64,000 nt of DNA from Candidatus Poribacteria bacterium (GTDB taxonomy: Bacteria; Poribacteria; WGA-4E; PCPOR2b), in assembly GCA_965218095.1 (NCBI GenBank), contig OZ244587.1:6112001-6176000 (forward strand), read 5' to 3'. The notes below the pieces were generated by a model. The model saw nothing but the letters and a program-made list of their open reading frames with translations. It did no database searches and was not told where the DNA came from. Positions 28,029-37,184 of this stretch are shown piece by piece (position 1 is the stretch's first letter; the number at the start of each line of letters is the position of its first letter). Position numbers and translations under genes: made by a program.

Positions 28029-29137
28029 GAGGGGTGTGCATAAATATAGTTGACATAATCAAGCCAAAAGGGTTTCCTATTGTTATCATAGCAAAAGGAG
28101 CCCCAATATGGTACAAAGACCAATGTTGGCTGATTATGTCACTCTTATTATGCAACTCTTTGAGCAGTTTATGCAACACCGTATTGACAAACCAGGTGTC
28201 ACACACGCAAAACCATTGACATATTCAACCACCTCGTTTATCATTTTCTTCATGTTGATGCAGTTTCACGGCATCTATGGCTTCAAAACGCAATGGCGGT
28301 GGCTAATCAATCACCCAGAAGTGTTACAAATGCTGGGGTGGCAACAGCCCCCTCATCGAACCACGATTGCACGTCGCTATAAGGCATTATATGAAGTGAT
28401 AGAGGTATTTGTATTGTTTATCGGTCAGTATGCCACTGACTTGTCCCAACAATTCAACTTGGCTCATCTGGTAGCCGACAAAAGTTTATTTAAGGCACGA
28501 GGACCCGTCTGGCATCAAACTGACCGCAAAGCAGGAAAAGCACCTAAACATCTACGCAACCTCGACACCGATGCCACGTGGAGCAAGAGTGGTTATCATG
28601 GCTGGGTCTATGGCTACGGACTTCACATTATCTGCACACAAGGTGCGTTCCCAACACTGATAACTGTGCACCGTGCGTCGGTCTCCGAAAGTTGGGCGAT
28701 AGATGCTAAAGCGTCTGAGATTCTGACACAACTTTCACCGCAGACACTCACTGCCGATGATGCCTATACCCAAGCAGACCGTATCCGTCGTTGGGCGAAG
28801 GCACAAGTCGCTTTGATTACCCCGGCACTTAGATGGACAAAGGGACGGTTTGCCAAGGCGTATCATCGATTTATCAACCAACCCAAGCAGCGTCTCTGTT
28901 TAAGCAAACGTCGCAGTTCGGTTGAACCGTTGTTTGACTTGATTGCTAAAGTGATAGGCACCACTCCTCAACAGAAGCAGTTACCGGTCAAGGGGTTTTT
29001 CAATGTACGCTGTTGTTTAGCTATCGGGGTGTTATCAGTGCAAGTGGCTATGATTGCCAATGCCATATGGAAGTTACCTGCTCGCAATATCTCTCATATG
29101 GCGGCTGTTTTCCAATGAACTACTATGCACACCCCTC
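28029..29137 (+). mobile_element. Complete insertion sequence (1109 bp), 14-bp TIRs, 8-bp TSD
   Basis: GAGGGGTGTGCATA at 28029 and TATGCACACCCCTC ending 29137; AATTATAT duplicated at 28021-28028 and 29138-29145. Confidence 0.93.
28108..29118 (+). CDS. DDE transposase (IS5/IS982-like; family not firmly assigned)
   Basis: VADKS, DTDATW..GWVYGYGLH, ADDAY, RRSSVEPLF; fills the TIR-bounded element. Confidence 0.9.
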   Translation: MVQRPMLADYVTLIMQLFEQFMQHRIDKPGVTHAKPLTYSTTSFIIFFMLMQFHGIYGFKTQWRWLINHPEVLQMLGWQQPPHRTTIARRYKALYEVIEVFVLFIGQYATDLSQQFNLAHLVADKSLFKARGPVWHQTDRKAGKAPKHLRNLDTDATWSKSGYHGWVYGYGLHIICTQGAFPTLITVHRASVSESWAIDAKASEILTQLSPQTLTADDAYTQADRIRRWAKAQVALITPALRWTKGRFAKAYHRFINQPKQRLCLSKRRSSVEPLFDLIAKVIGTTPQQKQLPVKGFFNVRCCLAIGVLSVQVAMIANAIWKLPARNISHMAAVFQ

Positions 29138-29165
29138 AATTATATAGAAGGAAAAGACGAACATA

Positions 29166-31208
29166 ATGGCAAAACAGATACTAATTGTTGAAGATGATAA
29201 CGATGTCGTTGGGTACATCGAACATCTATTGAAAAGTTTGGGATATACGGTTTGTGCCGTCGTATCTTCAGGAGAAGAAGCGATTCAAAAAGCAGCACAG
29301 ACGCACCCGGATCTCGCACTAATAGATATGATGTTAAAAGGCGATCTGGACGGTATAGCGCTCGCTGAACAGATGCGTGACCGTTTTAATATTCCGACCG
29401 TATATCTGACGACTTATGCGGATAAAGCCCTATTGCAGCGGGCAAAGATAACCGAGCCCTTTGGCTATGTCCTCAAACCGTTTGCAGAAAGAAGATTACA
29501 CCTTAACATCGAGATTGCCCTTTACAGGCATGAGATGGAAAGGAAATTTAAGGAGAGAGAACAGTGGCTTTCGACAATCCTCAAAAGCATAGGCGATGCC
29601 GTGATTGCCACCGATAAAAATGGATTCGTTCAATTTATGAATCCTGTTGCCGAAACCTTGACGGGCTCAAGTGAGGCGGAAGCCTTTGAAAAAGATTTGG
29701 CAGAAGTATTCAATGTCATCAGCGAAGAAACAGATACGCCGCCTAAAAGACATATCATGAAGGCGCTCCAGGAGCGAATCATTGTCGGTCAGGCAGACCA
29801 TACCATGCTCATTGCTCAAGATGGCAAAGAGACCCCTATTGATTACAGTGCTGCGCCTATCAGAGATGACAACGAAAACATCACCGGCGTCGTTTTGGCC
29901 TTCCGTGACATCACCAAGCGTCGGGAGGCAGAGGAGGCGTTGAGGCTAACAGCAGAAGCGTTACAAAATCAAACCCGAATCTTGCAATCTATTCTTGACA
30001 GCATGGGCGATGGCGTGGTCGTCGCTGATGCAAGTGGTAAATTTTTGTTCTTCAACCCGGAGGCGGAACGAATCCTTGGTATTCGGCCAACGGATACAAT
30101 TCCCAATGAATGGTCGGAAAAATACGGCGCCTTCCTCCCTGATACAGTAACATCTTTTCCGGCCGATGAACTTCCCCTCACGCGGGCAATCCGCGGTGAA
30201 GCATCCGACGATGTTGAAATCTTCATACGCAATCCGAAAGTGCCGGAGGGCGTTTACGTTGATGTTACCAGTAGGCCGTTACAGGATGAATCGGGCGCCC
30301 TGAGGGGCGGCGTTACCGTTTTCCGTGATGTGACTGAGCGCAAGCGGACGGAAGAAGCATTGGCTCGAGCTTACACACAGGGCAGATTGGAGATTGTCGA
30401 TACATTGCTCCACAATATTGGCAATGCTATCAACAGCGTAACAATAGGAATTGGGACAATTCACGAAAAGCTAGTGAAGAATGGAATGACACATCGCCTC
30501 GCGGCTCTGGCAAATGCAATCAAAGTCCATCAAGACGATTTTAGCGATTATGTCAAAAGCCACCCGCAAGGACAAAAAGTCGCGCCATTTATTATCGCCC
30601 TCGCTGAGGATTTTATGCAACAAGATGAAAAGTTGGCAAAGACAGTCAGCCGCGTGCGGAATAGAGCGGAACATATCGCTGATATCGTCCGAATGCAAAA
30701 GTCGCTTGGCAGGAGTAGCGTGTATCGCAAAGATGTCAGCCTCAGGTACGCAATCAACGATGCCATTACGGTGTTGGGTGATTCTATCAGGAAAAGGGAT
30801 ATTGAGATTCATATTGATTGCGATAATGCCCCGAAAGAGATTCGGACACAGGAAAGTCAATTTCATCAAATGTTGGTCAATCTTGTCAAAAACTCGATTG
30901 AAGCTATCGACCAACTTACCACATCAATGAGCCTCAGTGAGCCGCCTTTGATCAAAATCAGATGCTATGTCAAATTGGGTTCTTTGATCCTTGAGGTAAT
31001 TGATAACGGTATCGGCATCGAAAAGGACAAATTCGAGATCATCTTCGGGGGAGATTATACAACCAAAGCATCAGGAAGTGGGCTTGGGCTTCATTCGATC
31101 GCGAATTTCGTCAATGGATGGAGCGGGAAGATTTACCCCCTAAGCGATGGTCTCGGCAAAGGGACAACGATGCGAGTCATGCTCCCACTCTCTTCAGTCA
31201 CCCCGTAA
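29166..31208 (+). CDS. Soluble hybrid sensor histidine kinase (REC-PAS-PAS-HK)
   Basis: ILIVEDD..LIDMML..KPF receiver; two PAS domains (SIGDAVI, SMGDGVV); LHNIGNAINS H-box, NLVKNS, DNGIG, GSGLGL; no TM segment. Confidence 0.93.
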   Translation: MAKQILIVEDDNDVVGYIEHLLKSLGYTVCAVVSSGEEAIQKAAQTHPDLALIDMMLKGDLDGIALAEQMRDRFNIPTVYLTTYADKALLQRAKITEPFGYVLKPFAERRLHLNIEIALYRHEMERKFKEREQWLSTILKSIGDAVIATDKNGFVQFMNPVAETLTGSSEAEAFEKDLAEVFNVISEETDTPPKRHIMKALQERIIVGQADHTMLIAQDGKETPIDYSAAPIRDDNENITGVVLAFRDITKRREAEEALRLTAEALQNQTRILQSILDSMGDGVVVADASGKFLFFNPEAERILGIRPTDTIPNEWSEKYGAFLPDTVTSFPADELPLTRAIRGEASDDVEIFIRNPKVPEGVYVDVTSRPLQDESGALRGGVTVFRDVTERKRTEEALARAYTQGRLEIVDTLLHNIGNAINSVTIGIGTIHEKLVKNGMTHRLAALANAIKVHQDDFSDYVKSHPQGQKVAPFIIALAEDFMQQDEKLAKTVSRVRNRAEHIADIVRMQKSLGRSSVYRKDVSLRYAINDAITVLGDSIRKRDIEIHIDCDNAPKEIRTQESQFHQMLVNLVKNSIEAIDQLTTSMSLSEPPLIKIRCYVKLGSLILEVIDNGIGIEKDKFEIIFGGDYTTKASGSGLGLHSIANFVNGWSGKIYPLSDGLGKGTTMRVMLPLSSVTP

Positions 31209-31342
31209 CAATGAGCAATCAAGCAAATAAGCAAATGGGTAGAAATGGCCTGTAGCAAGGACAAATCTCTCGCAAGAAAGAGATTGCATATTTACACATC
31301 ACGCAATACGGAATAGGCGTACTAACCAGGAAAGTATCAATC

Positions 31343-33289
31343 ATGGAATTCAAAAAGGACTGGAACTATCGCGTACTGATTGTCGATGATCAAGAAGAGA
31401 TACACCAGGATTTTGAAGAGATGCTCACGCCCGGTTTAGCGGAAGCATCAACTGACGATTTGGCGGAAGCGTTTGCATCAGAGGTCGATGAGAGCTTCCT
31501 TCCAGACTTTGAGTTGCTCCATGCCAGAAGCGGGGCAGAAGCTTATGAAACGATAAAAAGGGGGCTCGAAACAGTCCATCCAATTGCCGCTGCATACATA
31601 GACATCAGAATGCCGCCGGGCATGGATGGGATTGAAACGACGCGGCGCATCCGAAAGATCGACAGAAATATTGAGATCGTCCTCATGACTGCGTACACCG
31701 ATAAATCGCTGTCCGAGATTGTTCGTGAGATGGATCTGCTCCACAAATTGCTTTATATCAGAAAGCCATTTGCACGGGAGGAAATCCAGCAGATAACGCT
31801 CTCTTTGGCCGAAAAGTGGAATGTCGAAAGCGAATTGGCGGAGAAACGCCGGCAGCTCGCAATCAGTAACCAAAGACTAGAGACGGTCCTCGACTCCACC
31901 GGGGATGCCATCGCCATGTTCGATGTCACAGGACATTTGCTGTTTGCGAATCGGTGGTATGAAGATATGTTTGAATTGACGACCAAAGAACTGGAACAGA
32001 TCTCACCGGATGAGCGACGGAGGCATATTAAACGATATTTCCAGGAACCGGATCACTTTGAAGAAACGGAAGTCTCATTTTTCGCAGACCCTGAGAAGGT
32101 GTTTGAAGAAATCGCGGAGGTTCGCCGACCCCAACGCAAGATGCTCTACCGGTTCACGGTGCCTGTGCATGACCCCGAACAAAAGGTCATCGGTCGCATC
32201 ATCGTCTTTCGGGACATCTCCAAAGAAATCGAAATTAGCCAGATGAAAGCCGAAGTCTCCCGATTGCGTGCTGAACTCGAAATCAAATGTTCCTTTGATA
32301 AGATTATCGGAAAGAGTCAAAAGATGCAAGCGGTGTACGCCCTGATGCAACAGGTGATTGAAAGCAACATTACCGTCCTCATTCAGGGAACGAGCGGTAC
32401 TGGCAAAGAGCTCGTCGCAAAAGCAATCCACTTTAACAGCCCGCAAAAAACAGGCCCATTTGTCGCCGTCAACTGCGCTGCCATTCCTGAGACGCTCATT
32501 GAAAGCGAGCTTTTTGGACACGAGCGCGGCGCCTTTACCGGTGCGACGATGCAAAGAATCGGAAAATTCGAGAGTGCAAACGGCGGGACGATCTTCCTCG
32601 ATGAAATCGCCGACATGCAGCCGCTGCTTCAAGCCAAGTTGCTGCGCGTGCTCCAGGAAAGAGAAATTCAGCGTGTCGGTGGAACGGCGAACATTCCCAT
32701 CGACGTCCGGGTCATTGCGGCAACGAATAAGGACCTGGAGGCTGCCGTGAAAGTTGGTGAGTTCCGCGAAGATCTTTTTTATCGCATTGCCGCCTTTCCC
32801 ATCCCGATTCCACCGCTCAAAGAACGCCGCGAAGACATACCCTTGTTGGCGGAACATTTTTTGAAACAACATACCGAAGACGCTGACAAATCGATTTCAG
32901 GAATTTCCACCGGGGTGGTACAATTGTTGATGAGCTATGACTGGCCCGGCAATGTCCGGGAGTTAGAGAATACGGTTGAGCGTGCCATTTTGTTGGAGAC
33001 ATCAGATGTGTTACAAAGTGGTAATCCCGCTTTCAGTGGACTGCATTCGGCTCACAAGCAACTATTCCATCTCCCTGCCTTCCAAAGCACAGGCGCCCCA
33101 CCCATCGTCCCAACTGCAACCGAAATCCTTCCCCTTGAAGAAGTTGAAAAACAGGCGCTTATCCACGCGCTCGAAGTGACTGACAACAATATCACAAAGG
33201 CTGCTGAAGCTTTGGGTATTAATCGCGTCACCATTCATAGAAAATTGAAAAAATATCATCTGCTTGAAAGAAAAATATCATCTGCTTGA
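31343..33289 (+). CDS. sigma54-dependent enhancer-binding protein (REC-PAS-AAA+-Fis HTH)
   Basis: VDD..DIRMPPG receiver; [27 protein letters not shown]; [20 protein letters not shown]. Confidence 0.95.
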   Translation: MEFKKDWNYRVLIVDDQEEIHQDFEEMLTPGLAEASTDDLAEAFASEVDESFLPDFELLHARSGAEAYETIKRGLETVHPIAAAYIDIRMPPGMDGIETTRRIRKIDRNIEIVLMTAYTDKSLSEIVREMDLLHKLLYIRKPFAREEIQQITLSLAEKWNVESELAEKRRQLAISNQRLETVLDSTGDAIAMFDVTGHLLFANRWYEDMFELTTKELEQISPDERRRHIKRYFQEPDHFEETEVSFFADPEKVFEEIAEVRRPQRKMLYRFTVPVHDPEQKVIGRIIVFRDISKEIEISQMKAEVSRLRAELEIKCSFDKIIGKSQKMQAVYALMQQVIESNITVLIQGTSGTGKELVAKAIHFNSPQKTGPFVAVNCAAIPETLIESELFGHERGAFTGATMQRIGKFESANGGTIFLDEIADMQPLLQAKLLRVLQEREIQRVGGTANIPIDVRVIAATNKDLEAAVKVGEFREDLFYRIAAFPIPIPPLKERREDIPLLAEHFLKQHTEDADKSISGISTGVVQLLMSYDWPGNVRELENTVERAILLETSDVLQSGNPAFSGLHSAHKQLFHLPAFQSTGAPPIVPTATEILPLEEVEKQALIHALEVTDNNITKAAEALGINRVTIHRKLKKYHLLERKISSA

Positions 33290-33295
33290 AAGAAA

Positions 33296-33358
33296 GTAGA
33301 GCCCCGATAGTCGGGATTTCACTTCGTTCAACCTGTCCGATTCTCGGACATGCTCTAC
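33296..33358. repeat. GTAG-type REP-like palindromic element
   Basis: gtagagc...gctctac enclosing two small ccgat/tcgg hairpins. Confidence 0.55.
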
Positions 33359-33602
33359 TATTCCTCAGATTCGCTTATCGCCAAAGTCATTCCTGCCTAC
33401 TCCTGATTACCCCTTATTAACTTTTGGTGCTAGTTTTGAAATACCGAGCCAAGCATGACGGACATAAAGCCCTAAACTACGACCCATCCCATCGTAGCGT
33501 AGCCCCTCCACTGCGCGAGAGTCCCAGACTTGTGGGCGTTGAGTTTGGTACGAACCTAGCACCATTCATTAGTTATTATCTCTCCTGCCCTCAGTTCGTC
33601 CT

Positions 33603-33636
33603 GTTGCAAGATGTATCACGTTGCAAAATGTAACAA
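33603..33636 (+). promoter_or_regulatory. Putative enhancer (UAS) sites for the sigma54 activator
   Basis: Tandem imperfect palindromes tgttgcaagatgtatca and cgttgcaaaatgtaaca; a related tgttgtattctgctaca near 33723. Confidence 0.5.
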
Positions 33637-33838
33637 TCCTTCCCTATTGTCCCCATATCCTGCGTAGAAACGTTTCATTACACGCTTCTCTTTCGGATAA
33701 CTCTTCCACCGCTTCCCCTAACTGTTGTATTCTGCTACAATCCAATTCGTCAGTTCTTATCACCGCTATAAGGATGATCCTGTCTAAAGATCAATCATAG
33801 CAAGGGTTTATTCCGTTTATTGATCTAGATCCTGAAGT

Positions 33839-33854
33839 TGGCACAGTTCATGCG
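33839..33854 (+). promoter_or_regulatory. sigma54 -24/-12 promoter
   Basis: TGGCAC-AGTTC-ATGC with exact GG-N10-GC spacing, about 100 bp upstream of the ATG at 33955. Confidence 0.8.
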
Positions 33855-33954
33855 CAATAGCAGCGTCGAATCGAAGCGATATGGTAAAAGCCATATTTCA
33901 CCCCAACATCCTACCCCATGATTCCATTATTGAAAAAGCTAGGAGAAGGTAACA

Positions 33955-35061
33955 ATGAATCAAGCAACTGAATCGCTAATAGCCTCGCAGCCGATTAACT
34001 ACATCCATACCGTCCATGAAGCGTTGAAACACTGCGAGGAAGAAGTTTCATACGCATATCTGATGGGCGTCTCCGGTGAAGCCTTTCGCTTCTTTTACAA
34101 CCGCTCTGACCCCGAAGCGGGAATGAACACCTTTTTCCACAACCCCCTGCGCGCAACCTGCCGGACACTCGGCCTCAAATTTGAAGTCTTGTACGATGAG
34201 ACGTACGAAGCCGCGTCGGAGCGGCTCCGGGAGAATATACGCGACGGAAAACCCACGTTACTGCCGTTTGAGGACTCTTGCCCATTCCTCATGGAGGATA
34301 ATCACCCCGAAACCTTCATCTGCCAAAACGGCTATCGGTATCAGATCAAAGTCGCCGATCTCCGCACGAAGTGGGAACCAAATGGAGGCTTCCTTGAGCT
34401 CGGTCCACATGGCTACTACCAATTCGTGATTGGTGAACGGGAGCGTGAACCCAAAGAACGCGATGCGGCACTAGGGACATTACGAGGCGCGAGGAAACTG
34501 ATGCAGACACGTCGCAAAATTCGTGATTGTGCGATTGGGCTCGCAGCTTATGACGAACTTATCGCACACTTGAGCGGCATGCTGAATCGAAAGAAGAAGC
34601 TGACCGAACGCGACGTCTATAAAATTGCGAAATGGAATGGGCGGCCGCTTACGCAATGTATCGAAGCCCGGGGGGCGGCGGTGGAATATCTACAGATGGT
34701 CCAAGAACACTTTGAAGATGAGGAACTGGAGCATCTGGACAAAGCCATCGTCGCCTACCAGGAGGTTGTCGCCTTGCTAAAAGGCGTTCAGATGGTTTTA
34801 CCCTCACCTGAAGTGTTGCAACCCAATCTCGATACGCCGACAAATACAAAACCGAAGTCCCAACTTGGCTTGGGATTCTCTCAGATTCGTTCGTGGATAA
34901 CCCCTAACCAGGGGGCGAAGAGCCAGCAAGAAGTGGTAAGAAAGTTCAAACCGAAATGCCGTGCAGCGATTAAGTTGCTCCAAAAGACCGCCGGTGTGGA
35001 GTGGAGCGCAATCAGTGAGATTCAAGAGGTTCTTCAACTCAGCGAGAAGATGAAAATGTAA
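33955..35061 (+). CDS. Hypothetical protein, distantly BtrH-like
   Basis: 368-aa ORF with RBS AGGAG; YLMGVSGEAFRF, IRDGKP, GLAAYD, EAR..A..YL motifs. Confidence 0.75.
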   Translation: MNQATESLIASQPINYIHTVHEALKHCEEEVSYAYLMGVSGEAFRFFYNRSDPEAGMNTFFHNPLRATCRTLGLKFEVLYDETYEAASERLRENIRDGKPTLLPFEDSCPFLMEDNHPETFICQNGYRYQIKVADLRTKWEPNGGFLELGPHGYYQFVIGEREREPKERDAALGTLRGARKLMQTRRKIRDCAIGLAAYDELIAHLSGMLNRKKKLTERDVYKIAKWNGRPLTQCIEARGAAVEYLQMVQEHFEDEELEHLDKAIVAYQEVVALLKGVQMVLPSPEVLQPNLDTPTNTKPKSQLGLGFSQIRSWITPNQGAKSQQEVVRKFKPKCRAAIKLLQKTAGVEWSAISEIQEVLQLSEKMKM

Positions 35062-35142
35062 TTCTCCTTCGCATTTGTAGCCACGACTTGAGTTGTTTAG
35101 CGAATGAATCCGAAATCCGAGAGCGATTAACGGGGGTAAATC

Positions 35143-37170
35143 ATGAAACAGTTTTTCAGACTCTTCAAATACGCAAAGCCTTATCTGCCCAAACTGATCC
35201 TCGGTTTTTTCTTGGTCGTGCTTGTCGGGCAGTCGCCGCTATTTATGCCCCTTGTTCAGAAGTTCGTCATTGATGATGTGATAACCCCTGCGAACAAACC
35301 GATCGCAAGTGTCGATTTGGCGTTTCAGGTTGATTTAGACCGTCACATGAAAATTCCTAACGCGCTGAGACAACAGCTTGACGCACAAGCGATTTCACTC
35401 TCCTCAAGCACCGTCGTCTCGATTGAAAAGAGGGGACAAAAATGGAGGCTCACCGACACAGAAACGGGTCAGAAATACCGCATCAGTCAGCACGAAGGTG
35501 AACTCAAAATTTATGTCGCAACGATTACGCACTCCCTGTTGGGGCGCGAATTTAAGTACACGCCGGTCGGCTGGCTGATAGTTATCCTGTTTACGATTAT
35601 CATCTACTACGCGATCTTCGGCCTACTCTCATACATCTGTACTTACGTGATGACATGGGTCAGCCAGCGCATCCTGTTCGATTTGAGAAATCAGGTATTT
35701 TCCCATCTCCAAACGCTGTCCATGCGTTTCTACGATGTTCAGGGGACAGGACAAATCCTCTCACGGGTGAGAGAGGATGTCGCCTCCCTCCGCACCCTCA
35801 CTACCGACACATCAATCAGTATCATCACTGACGCAGTGACGTTCCTTGCGATGCTCATCTTCATGTTGCACTGGAATTTGAAGTTGACCCTCTTCTCTCT
35901 GATGGTGTTTCCGCTGATCGTCGGGAACTATTTTTTCTTTATCAAACGGCTGCGTCCACTATGGCATCAATTGCGGCACAAATGGGCGGACATTTCAACG
36001 GGGATGTACGAAGCGGTTGCGGGGGCCAAGGTCGTCAAGGCTTTTCACCGGGAACGTTATCATGAGCGGCAACTGTTCCATAATATGCGCGAGACCTTCG
36101 ATTGGCGAATCAAAATTACTGCAAATCAAACAGCAATGAGCCGCATATCGCTTTTCTTCCGGGCGATCGGCAGAGCCGCTGTCCTCTGTTTCGGAGGTTA
36201 TCTGGTGGTTCAGGGCGAATTCACCCTCGGGGCAATGATTGCTTTCTACCTGTTTATGGAGCGCCTTCAGAAGCCAATCATGAACTTGATTAACATCAAC
36301 ACAACCATTCAAGAGGCGATGGTATCCGCGGAGCGCGTTTTCGGTTTGCTCGATTCAGAACCCACCGTCGAAGAGTCGCCTGATGCGATAGACCTCCCCA
36401 GAATTCGTGGACACGTCAAGTTTGAGGACGTCTCCTTCAGTTACGAGCCTGAAAATCTGGTACTGCACAACATCACCCTCGAAGCAAAGCCGGGAATGAT
36501 GGTGGCGTTGGTTGGACCGTCGGGGTGCGGTAAGAGTACCGTTGCGAACCTGATCTCCAGATTCTATGATCCGACGGATGGAACAATTTCCGTCGATGAG
36601 CATGATCTCCGCGACGTTTCGCTCAAGTCGCTGCGAAGCCAGATGGGGATTGTGCTTCAGGATAACTTCCTGTTCGCCGGGTCAATTGCAGAAAACATCC
36701 AATTCGGTAAGCTCGGCGCCACGGATGAGGAAGTGGTGGGTGCTGCTCTCGCCGCCAACGCGCATGAGTTCATCGTTGATCAACTGCCAGAAGGCTATGA
36801 GACAGAGGTCGGTGAGCGAGGCATGCGGCTCTCTGGCGGGCAGAAGCAGCGCATCGCCATTGCGCGCACCATTTTGCGAGACCCACGTATCCTGATTTTG
36901 GACGAAGCGACCTCCGCTTTGGATACAGAATCTGAAGCGCAGATTCAGCAGGCGCTGGATCGGCTGATGAAGAGACGAACCTCGTTTGTCATCGCTCATC
37001 GTCTCTCAACCATTTTGAGCGCCGACATGATTGTCGCCATGAAAGACGGTAAGATTGTTGAGGTTGGCACGCATGAGCAATTGTTGGATGCCGGTGGGAT
37101 GTATGCGGATATGTATGAGAAGCAGTTCAAAACGACAGAGACTCTTGAAGATTCTTCTTGGTCGGAATAG
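35143..37170 (+). CDS. ABC exporter, fused TMD-NBD (MsbA/MdlB-like)
   Basis: Six-TM domain; GPSGCGKST, LSGGQKQR, ILDEATSALD, IAHRLST. Confidence 0.95.
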   Translation: MKQFFRLFKYAKPYLPKLILGFFLVVLVGQSPLFMPLVQKFVIDDVITPANKPIASVDLAFQVDLDRHMKIPNALRQQLDAQAISLSSSTVVSIEKRGQKWRLTDTETGQKYRISQHEGELKIYVATITHSLLGREFKYTPVGWLIVILFTIIIYYAIFGLLSYICTYVMTWVSQRILFDLRNQVFSHLQTLSMRFYDVQGTGQILSRVREDVASLRTLTTDTSISIITDAVTFLAMLIFMLHWNLKLTLFSLMVFPLIVGNYFFFIKRLRPLWHQLRHKWADISTGMYEAVAGAKVVKAFHRERYHERQLFHNMRETFDWRIKITANQTAMSRISLFFRAIGRAAVLCFGGYLVVQGEFTLGAMIAFYLFMERLQKPIMNLININTTIQEAMVSAERVFGLLDSEPTVEESPDAIDLPRIRGHVKFEDVSFSYEPENLVLHNITLEAKPGMMVALVGPSGCGKSTVANLISRFYDPTDGTISVDEHDLRDVSLKSLRSQMGIVLQDNFLFAGSIAENIQFGKLGATDEEVVGAALAANAHEFIVDQLPEGYETEVGERGMRLSGGQKQRIAIARTILRDPRILILDEATSALDTESEAQIQQALDRLMKRRTSFVIAHRLSTILSADMIVAMKDGKIVEVGTHEQLLDAGGMYADMYEKQFKTTETLEDSSWSE

Positions 37171-37184
37171 ATGAAGGAAAGACA

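Noticed and set aside
32075-32872. Long antisense ORFs (also 54684-55466, 22284-22892, 51929-52576)
   Set aside because: Shadow frames overlapping well-supported genes, with no recognisable motifs
33546-33561. Second GG-N10-GC motif (TGGTAC-GAACC-TAGC)
   Set aside because: Weaker match, upstream of the putative enhancer sites and far from any ORF
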